IMG/VR virus record: IMGVR_UViG_3300042366_000770
Span: 1 to 44,723 of that record
Reading direction: 5' to 3' (one strand)
DNA: 44,723 bases
From: a virus
Taxonomy: Duplodnaviria; Caudoviricetes
Below are positions 27,875 to 38,323 of this stretch, in pieces (the first letter of the stretch is position 1; each line of letters opens with the position of its first letter). A program made the position numbers and the translations under genes. The notes under the pieces were generated by a model. It did not search any database, was not told the origin of the DNA, and was given only the letters and a program-made list of their open reading frames with translations.

Positions 27875-28512
27875 AAGGTTTTCCTCTTAATGTATTCTCT
27901 CAGTCTTCTCTGAGTGAAGATTGTCTTTGGTGCTTCGTCTCTTAAATAGTCTTCGATACTTATATTGTCGTTAGTCAACTCGTTTTTCATCTCTATGATA
28001 AAGATGTTGATGAGATGTTTAAGTCCTCGATACCAGAGACCTGTCATTCTAGCAATGTCTTTTAAGGTTAAGTCATCGAAGAAATATAGTATGAGTGCTT
28101 CTCTAACCTTCTCTAACTCGTAGGTTTCGATAAGGCGTATTGCTTTTTCAGACATCTCGGTAGGAAAGTATCTGTCGTTAGTTGCTTCATCTACTAGATA
28201 TTCTTCGACATCACCGGCATATTTCTTGTCTTTATCTAAGTGGTGATAGGCGGCGTATTTGATTGCGTTGAAGCACATTGCTATAAATAAATTCTTTGGA
28301 TAATACTTCTCACCATTTTTTATTTTAAACTTTAACAAGTCCATTGAAGCATTTTGAACTAAGTCTTGGCAACTATGATAATCTATACGACTTGTAAACC
28401 CTCTTTTTTCTAGAAAGTTTAAGGCAAAGTTTTTATACTTTTCAAAGAATAAGTTTGGGTCTTTTTCTTCAAAATATAATTTGTATAGTGCATCATACAA
28501 CGTTTCTCCCAT
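27871..28512 (-). CDS. Sigma-70-like transcription factor
   Basis: Region-2-like QDLVQ and region-4-like EALILYFFDDLTLKDIARMTG; ATG at 28512 follows AAAGGA. Confidence 0.6.
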   Translation of the reverse strand: MGETLYDALYKLYFEEKDPNLFFEKYKNFALNFLEKRGFTSRIDYHSCQDLVQNASMDLLKFKIKNGEKYYPKNLFIAMCFNAIKYAAYHHLDKDKKYAGDVEEYLVDEATNDRYFPTEMSEKAIRLIETYELEKVREALILYFFDDLTLKDIARMTGLWYRGLKHLINIFIIEMKNELTNDNISIEDYLRDEAPKTIFTQRRLREYIKRKTL

Positions 28513-28514
28513 AC

Positions 28515-30425
28515 TTATTCCTTTTCTGCCCAATTCTTACTTGCTATCTCTACTTCTGCAACTACTGGAACAATCATCTTGGGCACATCTTCCATAATTG
28601 CTTTAATCTTGTCTACTAAGAACTCTTCACCCTCGTATATCTCGAAGGACATTTCATCGTGAATGTTCATTTGGAACCTTGACTTGTAAGGTGTCAACAA
28701 TTTGTCGACATCTACAATCTTTGACTTGAGCATATCTGCACACGAACCTTGAACTAAGTAATTATAAAGGCGGTACACAAATCGCTTGTCTGTCATATAG
28801 TATCTGCGACCATACATATTTCTCACGTATCCACGTTGGTAATAAATCTTACGAACTAAGGTTTGATAGTCCAAGATTTTAGGGAACGCTTGATAATACG
28901 CTTTGTCTAATTTAACTGCAACGCTTTCTTCAAAACCGAACTGCTCCATAAGAGCGTTCTTAGTTGCTCCATAGTTCTTGGCGAAGTTAGTTGCTTTGCC
29001 TAAACCACGAAGACGTTTGAACTCATCGCTATCCTCTGCAACGTCTGGGAACGCTTCTTTGGTTGTAGCAGAGTGAAGGTCGGTAGGTTTCCACTTGATA
29101 CCTTTTTCAATCGTGAACCAATCTCTTGTAAAGATATCGTTACGATTAACTTTAGGGTCAAACTTAATACCATTGACATCAACACATTGATGAGGCATAT
29201 AGGCACGGCACATATTCAAGTCCCCACCACTAATCTCGTAGGTGTAGTTTGCTTGAACTCTTAACTCAATTTGTGAGTAATCTAAGTATGCTATCTTGTT
29301 ATACCCTTCGCCGGTTGTAATTACCATACGTCTAGGGTGGAAAATCTCTTTTCCTTGTTCATCTAGGATAGGATACTTTGGGAATTGTTGGAAGTCGCTG
29401 CTTAATCTGCCAGTGATAGCGGAATTAGCATTGATTTGGGTGTAGGCACGTCCGTCAAACTCACTTTTCTCAAGCATACGGACGATATAAGTACTATACC
29501 ACTTCTCTAAACTTCTCAGTTCTTGTATCAGTTTGGCAACTTCTTTAGCATTGCCATCTGCAGTTTTACTAACGCTTTCCATTGCACTGTCATCGCTAGA
29601 CGGTAAGTCAATACCGTTCTTGGCAAACCACTCTTTAATGTTCTTATGTTGACCGACACTAAAGTTTTCTCCGGTTAATTTGTGTAATGTAGCACGTTTC
29701 TGCGAAATAAACTCATCAAAGAACTTCTTTCTGTCTTGTAGATATGCTCTGTCAATCTTTAAACCCACACGTTCCATACGGAATAGTGGCAAGATAATCG
29801 CATTTTCTAACTTAAACGTGTCTTCTTGTTTTCTAGCGTACACAACATCTATGAGTTTTTTAGCAAGTTGTAGTGTAATCTCAGTATCGTTTAACGCATA
29901 ATCAATCATAGGTTGACGATACTCTTGCATCTTGTAAACGTCTAGATAGGTGTGTTCTTTTGACTTATCTGCTTTGTTTAATTTCATCAAAGCACTTTTG
30001 ATAACCTTTTGGTCATCCGCTGCGGTTCCGTCAATATACTTAGTCGCTAAGGACTTGAGTGCTAAACTAAACACTTCATCAGTATCTAAGGCGAGGCGAG
30101 CAAGTATCATCGTGTCAGTGATATTATTTTCTTCGTACACGACACCAATGTTTCTGAGCATATGCAAGTCGAACTTAATGTTATGACCTACGACATACTT
30201 GAAAGGTTTGAGGTGGTTAAACACTTCTTGGATGATAGACGGATGCCAACTGGCAACGTCAATAGCACGACTTTTGTCGTCAAAGGTTAAGGTAATGAGG
30301 AAAGGTTTATCCGCTTTTAAGTGAAGACCCGTAGTTTCAGTATCAACTGCAACCCAATCTTTACTTGAGTTTTGCAACTCAACGATAAGTTCCTCTATGT
30401 TTAGGACTTCTTTTCTATAGTACAC
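28515..30425 (-). CDS. polA: Family A DNA polymerase with 3'-5' exonuclease
   Basis: DTETTGL, HNIKFD, TGRLSS, DYSQIELR, K..NF...YG, VQGSCAD, IHDE. Confidence 0.95.
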   Translation of the reverse strand: MYYRKEVLNIEELIVELQNSSKDWVAVDTETTGLHLKADKPFLITLTFDDKSRAIDVASWHPSIIQEVFNHLKPFKYVVGHNIKFDLHMLRNIGVVYEENNITDTMILARLALDTDEVFSLALKSLATKYIDGTAADDQKVIKSALMKLNKADKSKEHTYLDVYKMQEYRQPMIDYALNDTEITLQLAKKLIDVVYARKQEDTFKLENAIILPLFRMERVGLKIDRAYLQDRKKFFDEFISQKRATLHKLTGENFSVGQHKNIKEWFAKNGIDLPSSDDSAMESVSKTADGNAKEVAKLIQELRSLEKWYSTYIVRMLEKSEFDGRAYTQINANSAITGRLSSDFQQFPKYPILDEQGKEIFHPRRMVITTGEGYNKIAYLDYSQIELRVQANYTYEISGGDLNMCRAYMPHQCVDVNGIKFDPKVNRNDIFTRDWFTIEKGIKWKPTDLHSATTKEAFPDVAEDSDEFKRLRGLGKATNFAKNYGATKNALMEQFGFEESVAVKLDKAYYQAFPKILDYQTLVRKIYYQRGYVRNMYGRRYYMTDKRFVYRLYNYLVQGSCADMLKSKIVDVDKLLTPYKSRFQMNIHDEMSFEIYEGEEFLVDKIKAIMEDVPKMIVPVVAEVEIASKNWAEKE

Positions 30426-33198
30426 TATCCTTACCTTCTTTCATCCGTATGTTTCTGTTGATTTTTGCTAAACCTTTACGTAATCTTTCGGAGGGTATCA
30501 TATTACCACCACTCCACTTAAATAGATATAATCGAGACATTTCATTGAGAACAACCGAGAAGTCCTCGTTGCTCTTGCCAGACACGTCTCTTAGAACTGC
30601 TCTAGGCACACCACTTGTCATCTCTAGGAAGTTGAACATAGTAGCGTTGTTGAGATATAGGTCTTGTAGGTCTCTAATCAGTGCTTCGTCAATTTCAGTG
30701 TACTTGCGTTGTTCATCAACGAACTGACGTAGTTTGAACACTGGGTTGTCGTATAATCTGACGAGGAAGTTATATGCCCAGTCAATGTGTTCCTTCGTAA
30801 CGATAACGTTTTCGTAGGAGGCATCTGTGGACACTAACATAACTGCACTAGCGACTGCGATACGTGCGATTTTCATCCACGCTTCTGTACCGAATATCTT
30901 AACGTGTGTATTGAATAACTTGTTGACTTCGACTGACTTATTCCACAAATGTTTTTGTGTTTCTAAGTCCATAATAATTTGGTCTGCTCGTCTTGTCCAC
31001 GCCCAACGAACACGACTACGATATGCTTCAAGAGGAAGTTTAGCGTACTCTTTGTCCATAAAAGAGATATACTCTTCAGGTTCAGGCACTAATGTAAAGA
31101 AGTCATAACGAGCGATATCTTCCGGACTATCAATCAGTTCTAGTAAAATTTCTACCCCATTAGGGTACGACTTCATCGAACGACCTGCACCACCTTGACG
31201 TGATTTAGGGTTTGAGATAGTTAACATCCGCACTCGGCAAGGAACACGGATATCTGTATCAACACGGACGATACGAACCTCACCGGAAGAACGTATTTCG
31301 GTCATCGACTTGATGAAAGCATTGTCCTTCATAGATGAGAATTCTTCGAGTATAACGAGGTTTTTGTGTTCTCTTGGCAACAACCCAATCTTAGTTTTGT
31401 TTGTGGACTTGTTAGTACCACCAATTAAACCGGCGACCGTAGTTGTACCTAGGTTAATCACGCTACCTAAGTCATACATATCTCGTTTGATTTTAGAAGT
31501 GTGAGATTTACCGGTACGAGTTTCTCCCACCATAAACGCATCTAATGTACCACGCATAATCGTCTTGCCCACTTTAATATCAAGTGGAGTGTTGTAGATT
31601 AGGTCTACGGTCTGCGTAATGTTTTTATCCGCTTCTCCGCCAACATAACCTTTATCATATTCAAATAACTTGTTCATCCCGTCTTCAACCGGAAGACCGA
31701 ACTGGAAGACCTTTAGATTTTTCTTGGTTGTATCATCAACCTTGAAGTTCTGTAAGTCATTATCAATGTTCTCGACCTTCTTTGCGATTAAGACGATTTC
31801 TTGTTGTCTCAATGGGTGTTGCACCGGTTTAAACGTAATGCGGTACTTCTTACCATTTTCTAAGGGTTCTTTAGTATAGATATCAATTTCGATTAGACCT
31901 GAGTTAGCAGTGCCATGATTGACAATCGTTGACTTATAGACCGTGGCATGTGAACGATACTTAATAGCAATACCTGCTTCACTTGCAGGAATATTGAGCA
32001 GAGACAAAACGTTCCTACGGACCTGTTCTTCTTTAAGATTGCTATCCATAAGATATAAAACGTCTTGTATGTTCTTGTCGCTTAGTGTAAAGACACGTTT
32101 AGTGCCAATCGGTATAATGTTTGCTTGTGGTCTAGTATCGTTAGGTTTCAGTTTCTCAACTTCAATAACTTCGGGAATACCAAAAGTATTGTTGTAAACA
32201 CCAACGACTTGTGCAATCGCAGTAATATATTGGTTGCGGTATTGTGGTTCAACTGCTTGACTGAGCTGGATATTAGGATATTCTTTTTCGTATTCAACAC
32301 GAAATTCATCCTCACTCATCGGTTGAGCATTAGTAATAATTGCTTTGAGGTCCGCTGCGGTTTTGCTATACTTGACAAAATAGTCCCAAATGTCTTCGCC
32401 TTTTTCAACACAAACTGCGTGATGACCTTCGACAACATAGGGAATAGCACCGACTTCTTTTAGGTGGATAGCAACTTTTCTAGCACCTTCTTTGCCGGTT
32501 TTGTCATTATCATATAAGATATAAACTTTTTTACCACGAAAAGCATACCCAAAAGTATGGGGTATTGCCATCTCACCGCCGGTTAAAGTAAATGCATCGA
32601 AACCATTACTTCTCGCAATGGTCATATCTTTCTCGCCGGCACATAGATAAACCTCTTTGAGGTCCTTCATATATGCAAGGTCTGGAACAATATAACCAGT
32701 GCTAGCACCAGAACGAGACAAGACCTTTGGTCGTTGCTCCGGTCTGTATTTACGTACGTCCATTAACTGCCCATAAACGAAAACGGGGTATGAAATACCC
32801 TCGCCTTCAAAACCAAGTTTGAGGAAGTCAACTACCTTCTCAGTAAAACCTAACTTCTTTGTTAAAAGTTGTGCAGGTTTAGAGGTATTATAAGCGTTAA
32901 CTGCCAACTGCCAGTTCGTATTGACGAAATGATTTTCCAAGTCGTCTAAAATACTAATAGCAGTTTTGTAATCAATACCTGTTTGGGAAACAAAAAATCC
33001 CGCTTCGCTATGACTTTCTCCGCAGGATTTGCAATGGAATAAACCTTTTTCTACGTTTATGTGTGCAGAAGGATTGGTTTCGTAATACTTTTTGCCGTCA
33101 GTAGTGGTGTGGGGAAAGGGGCAGATAACTGCCACCTCCCCTTGTTCGTTCGCATTATTGAAATCAACGTCTGCGAAAAACTCTTTTAAGAATATCAC
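30415..33198 (-). CDS. Primase-helicase: Zn finger, TOPRIM and MCM-like AAA+ domains
   Basis: CPFPH..CKSC, GEKD, YDND..G, GETRTGKS, ILEEF, ARYD. Confidence 0.8.
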   Translation of the reverse strand: MIFLKEFFADVDFNNANEQGEVAVICPFPHTTTDGKKYYETNPSAHINVEKGLFHCKSCGESHSEAGFFVSQTGIDYKTAISILDDLENHFVNTNWQLAVNAYNTSKPAQLLTKKLGFTEKVVDFLKLGFEGEGISYPVFVYGQLMDVRKYRPEQRPKVLSRSGASTGYIVPDLAYMKDLKEVYLCAGEKDMTIARSNGFDAFTLTGGEMAIPHTFGYAFRGKKVYILYDNDKTGKEGARKVAIHLKEVGAIPYVVEGHHAVCVEKGEDIWDYFVKYSKTAADLKAIITNAQPMSEDEFRVEYEKEYPNIQLSQAVEPQYRNQYITAIAQVVGVYNNTFGIPEVIEVEKLKPNDTRPQANIIPIGTKRVFTLSDKNIQDVLYLMDSNLKEEQVRRNVLSLLNIPASEAGIAIKYRSHATVYKSTIVNHGTANSGLIEIDIYTKEPLENGKKYRITFKPVQHPLRQQEIVLIAKKVENIDNDLQNFKVDDTTKKNLKVFQFGLPVEDGMNKLFEYDKGYVGGEADKNITQTVDLIYNTPLDIKVGKTIMRGTLDAFMVGETRTGKSHTSKIKRDMYDLGSVINLGTTTVAGLIGGTNKSTNKTKIGLLPREHKNLVILEEFSSMKDNAFIKSMTEIRSSGEVRIVRVDTDIRVPCRVRMLTISNPKSRQGGAGRSMKSYPNGVEILLELIDSPEDIARYDFFTLVPEPEEYISFMDKEYAKLPLEAYRSRVRWAWTRRADQIIMDLETQKHLWNKSVEVNKLFNTHVKIFGTEAWMKIARIAVASAVMLVSTDASYENVIVTKEHIDWAYNFLVRLYDNPVFKLRQFVDEQRKYTEIDEALIRDLQDLYLNNATMFNFLEMTSGVPRAVLRDVSGKSNEDFSVVLNEMSRLYLFKWSGGNMIPSERLRKGLAKINRNIRMKEGKDSVL

Positions 33199-33219
33199 TC
33201 ACTACGTCCACCTTTCCTA

Positions 33220-33657
33220 TTAGATAACTGAGTTGTCGTCTTTGCCGTCTGCGTTATATTGTCCTTTAGTTGTTGGGAAGAATTCTACTGCGTTGACATA
33301 GGTCTTGCTTGGGTCTTTAATACCTTTGCGGTGTTTGACCTTGATAACAAGTGCTTTACCACTGATTTCTTTTAAGAATTCGTCTAAACTGTCAAACTCT
33401 GTATTGGTTGGAATACCCACTGCTTTAGAAATAGCATTGATTAACCAAGCGAAGTTTTCTGCGGAACTAATGTTGCTAAAGATTTTACGACCACCATTTT
33501 CTGTGTCCACGTCATCACGAACTGCGAATGAGATTGACGAACGTTCAACACCATTGACGGTCTCTACGAAGTCATACTTTTCGACATACACTTCATACTT
33601 ACCTTCCGGTAATAACGTATAAGTGGTTTTTGGAGCGGCGACTTTAATTGTTGGCAT
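33220..33657 (-). CDS. ssDNA-binding protein (DUF669-like)
   Basis: LLPEGKYEV..VRDDV..GRKIF motif; acidic C-terminus. Confidence 0.75.
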   Translation of the reverse strand: MPTIKVAAPKTTYTLLPEGKYEVYVEKYDFVETVNGVERSSISFAVRDDVDTENGGRKIFSNISSAENFAWLINAISKAVGIPTNTEFDSLDEFLKEISGKALVIKVKHRKGIKDPSKTYVNAVEFFPTTKGQYNADGKDDNSVI

Positions 33658-33658
33658 A

Positions 33659-33763
33659 TTATCTGCCTCCTTTTCTTGAGCGTTTCGCTTTAATCATTTT
33701 AGCGACTGCTCTCTTACCATACTTAGCGACTGCTTTCTTCCCGTATCCAATTCCTTTTGGCAT
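33659..33763 (-). CDS. 34-aa very basic peptide
   Basis: MPKGIGYGKKAVAKYGKRAVAKMIKAKRSRKGGR; AAGGAGG RBS; fills the gap exactly. Confidence 0.6.
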   Translation of the reverse strand: MPKGIGYGKKAVAKYGKRAVAKMIKAKRSRKGGR

Positions 33764-33916
33764 TTATTGTGCCTCCTTTTTGTTTAATTCTGCTTGTTTA
33801 TTGACATCGGCAACCAACTTTTCAATAAGTTGTGCTACTTGGTCATAGGGCATTTTTGATAATGATGCTAAGATGATATTCATTTCATTTCCAGTCAAAT
33901 CTAATTTAAAATTCAT
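33764..33916 (-). CDS. 50-aa helical hypothetical protein
   Basis: MNFKLDLTGNEMNIILASLSKMPYDQVAQLIEKL...; GAGGA RBS; ATGA overlap. Confidence 0.7.
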   Translation of the reverse strand: MNFKLDLTGNEMNIILASLSKMPYDQVAQLIEKLVADVNKQAELNKKEAQ

Positions 33917-34452
33917 TTTTTAATTCCTCTTTCAACGATTTCTCGTTCTTGTTTAAAGTGTTTTTCCATTTTCTTTACAAATGCTTTCACTGCGTTTAAT
34001 GGTAATGCAAGTGTGTCTAAACCAATAACAAGCACGTCATTGTAGACAATTCTGCGTAAGATAAATGCTTTGCCTTTATCCTTACCGAAGTCGCCCAGTT
34101 TTGCTAGCACCACGACATTGGCGAATTTACTATTGCCGGTTTTCTTTAATAAGATGAAACCTGCATCAATGTAATCTCTGCCGATATCCGGAGTTGGCAT
34201 CTTGTCTTGAATAAATCGGTAATCACGACTAATATCTTTTCCGTCAATTACTTCAAACATTGCACGGATGATAACTTCATCTAGGATGAATTCTCGATAT
34301 GTTCTATTGTTTCTATCAAACGACATAATTGATATATCGTTGTCTCTAGTAAACTTATAGAAGAAGTCGAAGTCGTAGTCATTGTCGGTAAAAAACCACG
34401 TATGACCGGACGTTTTGAAGATGCGTTTTCGAGTAAAATAATTCTTAAACAT
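33913..34452 (-). CDS. Hypothetical protein
   Basis: Overlap-coupled ORF in the operon. Confidence 0.7.
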   Translation of the reverse strand: MFKNYFTRKRIFKTSGHTWFFTDNDYDFDFFYKFTRDNDISIMSFDRNNRTYREFILDEVIIRAMFEVIDGKDISRDYRFIQDKMPTPDIGRDYIDAGFILLKKTGNSKFANVVVLAKLGDFGKDKGKAFILRRIVYNDVLVIGLDTLALPLNAVKAFVKKMEKHFKQEREIVERGIKK

Positions 34453-35410
34453 TGATTTTTAACACCCCTTTCAATTTCTCAAGCAAACCTTCTAGTGAGT
34501 TGAGTGGGAGGTCTTCCCAAGTTGTTAAACCATATTTCTTAGTTGTTTGTTTACCGACTAGGTCCATAAACGCAACCATTTCTTTGTTGTCTTTGTTGAC
34601 AACTAGCAAGTCCTTAATAATCTTGACGATTTTATTGGACTGCTCATTACGTTCTGCATTAACGTCAACACCCTTTTCAAGATAACTATATAATGCAACC
34701 CCATAGTCGTTCTTGAGTAAGACATCGTTCTCAAAGATTTGAGTATTGTCTTTAACGATTGAAACCTTATGGTCTTCGTCAAAGTGTAGGGCGGTCAGAA
34801 CTTCGTACTCGAAGTCATCACGCATAATCGGTTTGAGACCAATCTTACTGACTTTCATCTTGCCGGTCTCAGTCGCCGCTGCTTCATACTTGATTTTACT
34901 ACGAACTGTAGTAATGATATGAATATCTTGGTCGGCAGTCAGAGAAAGATAAAGTTTCTTGATGATTGGGTTAATCTTTTGCCACGTAGCAAAATTACCA
35001 CCCATATTTTGATGAAGGTCTAGAATACCACCGGCATCATCCCAAGCGTGGGTAATGCTATCAATGATAACGACTTCGCATCCTAATGATTTGAGATAGT
35101 TCGTACCTTCAATATAACTATCTACGTCATAAGGCGGAGTAAACTCTGCGTGTAGAAAACGTCCGATATACTCGCCACCGATTGTGGTGTCTGCGTATAC
35201 TTTAGCACGATTATGTTCAGTGTCTAAGACACCGATTTTTTTCCAGAACGCATCGCTCGTGTCCACGATATCTGGATATTTCGCCTTAATCAGACCTTTC
35301 GCCGTGATTAAAGCACCGATAGTTTTACCACTACCGGTTGCCCCCATAAACATTGCGGAGAACTTTAATTTCTCACGCTCTGCTGGTTTTGCTTTGAAGT
35401 TTCTTGCCAT
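34445..35410 (-). CDS. AAA_24 / Sak4-like ATPase (recombination)
   Basis: GATGSGKT, LDTE, IIDSITHAW, G.KP..R..FEYE. Confidence 0.85.
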   Translation of the reverse strand: MARNFKAKPAEREKLKFSAMFMGATGSGKTIGALITAKGLIKAKYPDIVDTSDAFWKKIGVLDTEHNRAKVYADTTIGGEYIGRFLHAEFTPPYDVDSYIEGTNYLKSLGCEVVIIDSITHAWDDAGGILDLHQNMGGNFATWQKINPIIKKLYLSLTADQDIHIITTVRSKIKYEAAATETGKMKVSKIGLKPIMRDDFEYEVLTALHFDEDHKVSIVKDNTQIFENDVLLKNDYGVALYSYLEKGVDVNAERNEQSNKIVKIIKDLLVVNKDNKEMVAFMDLVGKQTTKKYGLTTWEDLPLNSLEGLLEKLKGVLKINV

Positions 35411-35415
35411 ATATT

Positions 35416-37020
35416 TTATTCCTTTCTACTATTGTTATATACAAGTGGGTCATCTTTTACTAGTGAATTTATACCATAATCGTTGACGTATTTAATGATA
35501 TCAATCTTTTTGCTCAGTAAACTGCGAATAGATTTGTCTATAGATTTGTTCATTTCGAGATATATAATCTCCTTTCCACCATACTCTACGTCAGTTTTCG
35601 TAGGCACGAAGCGGTCTTTTGCTTGTGCGTTATCCATAGGGTTATACGAAACGTCTGTAAAGATGATAATATCTGCTTTGTCTAACGTCCAACCAACGCC
35701 GCCGGCAAGGATATTTGCTAACATAACCTTAGCATCTCCGTGTTGAATAGCGTCTACGGACCTTTGCTTCTCTGCTTGACTTTGCTCACCGGTAAGCATC
35801 ACCGCTTTATCACCTAGTTTATCCTTTAACATTTTGAGAAACGAGGTAAACATACTAAAGACGATGATTTTTTGGTCTTGATTGTCCTCTACATAATCTA
35901 AGATAAAGTCAAGTTTTGGCGAATTACCCTTTGTGTCTAGCAGTTCCGGATGCAGTGTCGCTTGACGAAGTCGCATCAGTTGTGCTACCGCATTTGGGAT
36001 AACTTGACCATTGTATCGTTGCATCTCGATGATTTCAGTAATCAGTTTCTTTTGTGGTGGGGTAAGGTCTAGGTCTACTACACGTTCATTGATTTTAGGC
36101 AACCAATTCATCACGTCTCTACGCTTACGATTAGTTGAGTACACGTCTAATAGGTTTTGAAACTCATCTGCTCTATCCGTTCTAATACCACCAACTTCGG
36201 TTGAGAAGGGTGTTTTATAGATTGTGAAGTATCGTTCTGCGAAGGTCCAATAACTTGTGTACTTATTAGGTTTAAGCAATTTGAATATACCGAACACATC
36301 ACTAGGGTTATTAACTGCCGGAGTACCTGTGAGAGCATACACTTTCTTTGCTTTGTCGCCTAACATATAGATTGCTTTACTTTGCTTAGTATCATAATTG
36401 CGAAGACGATGACTTTCATCTACCACTAGCGTGTCATAATCTAAACCTACAATCGTGTTGATATCATTGCGAAGTGTCTCGTAAGAAATAATTAAGGATG
36501 CTTTCTTTAGTGTCTTAAAGTTGTTATAGATTTTGTTGCGATTAGTGGGTGTGCCACTTACTATATACACCGGTTCAGTACCTAACCAATTTGCAATTTC
36601 TCTCTGCCAATTAAGTTTAAGTCCGGATGGACATACGATAATACGTTTTGCGGTATTACCATCTGCGACAAGTACCATAGGTGTCTTGCCGGTGCGTTGC
36701 TCGTTGAAAACTCCAACACGTTCTCGTTGGTCTGTAAACTCTACGTCCACACGTTGGTATGGTCGTAGTTTTGTGTTTCCGTCAGTATCTTTTTTTGATT
36801 TGATTGACTTTAATCTGTCATAGTAATCGCCTACTTTCTTGTGAAGTTCTAATAACTCTGGAGCTTGACTATGTTGCATTAGCTCTTTAAGTGAGTGCAA
36901 GTTGATTGGTAATCTAAATGCTTGATATCGCTTTGAATAACTTGCCCCTAACTTAACTGCTAACTTTGTCGTGCTTTCAAAATAAATAAAGTCCGCATCA
37001 ATCCTTTTTATTGTAATCAT
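35416..37020 (-). CDS. SNF2-family helicase
   Basis: LRPYQ, RTGKT, DESH, LTGTP, LMRLRQ, QAKDR. Confidence 0.9.
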   Translation of the reverse strand: MITIKRIDADFIYFESTTKLAVKLGASYSKRYQAFRLPINLHSLKELMQHSQAPELLELHKKVGDYYDRLKSIKSKKDTDGNTKLRPYQRVDVEFTDQRERVGVFNEQRTGKTPMVLVADGNTAKRIIVCPSGLKLNWQREIANWLGTEPVYIVSGTPTNRNKIYNNFKTLKKASLIISYETLRNDINTIVGLDYDTLVVDESHRLRNYDTKQSKAIYMLGDKAKKVYALTGTPAVNNPSDVFGIFKLLKPNKYTSYWTFAERYFTIYKTPFSTEVGGIRTDRADEFQNLLDVYSTNRKRRDVMNWLPKINERVVDLDLTPPQKKLITEIIEMQRYNGQVIPNAVAQLMRLRQATLHPELLDTKGNSPKLDFILDYVEDNQDQKIIVFSMFTSFLKMLKDKLGDKAVMLTGEQSQAEKQRSVDAIQHGDAKVMLANILAGGVGWTLDKADIIIFTDVSYNPMDNAQAKDRFVPTKTDVEYGGKEIIYLEMNKSIDKSIRSLLSKKIDIIKYVNDYGINSLVKDDPLVYNNSRKE

Positions 37021-37393
37021 TTGGGTTTGGTAAATACATTATTACTACATTGCTATTGTCCGTAGGTTTTGCACTACTATTATAGTCGTCCAAAACTTTA
37101 TAAGCGTTAACGTCTTGCGTTGTAGTGCTTTCCTTTCCTAAATCTTTTAGTTTTTTGCGTTGAGAAACTTTGGCAATGATGCGTATCGTATCATTAACCC
37201 AAGCATTGATTTCAGTCGTCTCTAAAAACTCTGTCCACTTGTCGTATGGTACACCGGTCTCCGCACTCAGTTCAAAAGGTGTCTTTGCAATGTTTTCTTC
37301 CACATTGTTTTCAATCACTGCACATAAGTTGCGGTAAAGATTTTTCTTTTCCGTGTCAAGGTCTAACTTATCTACGATTTCATTTAGTGTCAT
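36998..37393 (-). CDS. Hypothetical helical protein (possible terminase small subunit)
   Basis: HTH-like TPFELSAETGVP; function is inference only. Confidence 0.6.
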   Translation of the reverse strand: MTLNEIVDKLDLDTEKKNLYRNLCAVIENNVEENIAKTPFELSAETGVPYDKWTEFLETTEINAWVNDTIRIIAKVSQRKKLKDLGKESTTTQDVNAYKVLDDYNSSAKPTDNSNVVIMYLPNPNDYNKKD

Positions 37394-37610
37394 CTACGAA
37401 TATCTCCCACGTGGTAATAACCCCGTTATCATCAATCGTTCTTTGATATGTTTTAATATCTTTGCTAATCTTTTTCATTGTCTTTTTATACTGCTTCAAA
37501 ACAAAAGGCAAGTCCCGTTTCAGTTGGTCGTACGTGTGAAAACGCTCAATGACCATTTCCGGTAGTCCGTTATCATCTGCAGTTGCTACAATAAATCTTA
37601 CTTTACTCAT
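37380..37610 (-). CDS. Hypothetical protein
   Basis: ATG at 37610 with GAGAGG RBS. Confidence 0.65.
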   Translation of the reverse strand: MSKVRFIVATADDNGLPEMVIERFHTYDQLKRDLPFVLKQYKKTMKKISKDIKTYQRTIDDNGVITTWEIFVDDTK

Positions 37611-37836
37611 TATTAGTTTCCTCTCCCTCGCTCCAGAATTGATGACCATAGGTATCGCTATGACCTACAAACTGACAAGTATGTTCTTCATAACCTAAAA
37701 AATTACACTTTTTACACTCGTAGTTAAACAAAACGCTATCCCCATTAAACTCGTGGTCATCATACTTTAAATTGTCAGAACCACAATGCGGACAACTGCC
37801 ACTTTTAGAGATAATAACTTTTTTCTTTTTACTCAT
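37603..37836 (-). CDS. Zinc-ribbon protein
   Basis: CPHCGS...CKKC; ATG at 37836. Confidence 0.7.
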   Translation of the reverse strand: MSKKKKVIISKSGSCPHCGSDNLKYDDHEFNGDSVLFNYECKKCNFLGYEEHTCQFVGHSDTYGHQFWSEGEETNNE

Positions 37837-38017
37837 CTTTACCCCCAATCGTATACACTTGAAAACTATCACTATGCTTTTCGTGATAGACGAGCAGTTC
37901 TAAAAGTTCTGCCATGTTGGTGGTGTAGTCCAAACCGGCAATTCCGTCAGATGAATAGTTAATCATATATAAAGTGTTTCCGTGTTTAGGCAAGTCAATC
38001 TTGATTGTGTTTTTCAT
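37829..38017 (-). CDS. Hypothetical protein
   Basis: Overlap-coupled ORF. Confidence 0.6.
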   Translation of the reverse strand: MKNTIKIDLPKHGNTLYMINYSSDGIAGLDYTTNMAELLELLVYHEKHSDSFQVYTIGGKDE

Positions 38018-38109
38018 AATTTTTTAAGCACCCTTCCTAGTGCAAGCATCTCATTTACCTTGTCGGTATTCATCTTAGTTGTCTTTTTAGTTTTGCGTTT
38101 TCGTGCCAT
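38014..38109 (-). CDS. 31-aa basic peptide
   Basis: MARKRKTKKTTKMNTDKVNEMLALGRVLKKL; AAGGA RBS; ATGA overlap. Confidence 0.4.
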   Translation of the reverse strand: MARKRKTKKTTKMNTDKVNEMLALGRVLKKL

Positions 38110-38323
38110 ACTTATTATCCTTTAATAATTTTTTTAGTTTATCCATTGCATCAAAATACAATTCAGTTCCGTCCATATCGTGTTGTATTTTTGCGGTATC
38201 CGTGAGAACGTGGTCGCCTTTACTATTGTAAATGCTATACTCTACGACAAACGATTTGTCTTTCTCATCATATGTTATCGTTTCAATTTCTACCTCGTGT
38301 TTAAGATATTTTTTCGGTGTCAT
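38087..38323 (-). CDS. Hypothetical protein
   Basis: AAAGGA RBS. Confidence 0.65.
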   Translation of the reverse strand: MTPKKYLKHEVEIETITYDEKDKSFVVEYSIYNSKGDHVLTDTAKIQHDMDGTELYFDAMDKLKKLLKDNKYGTKTQN

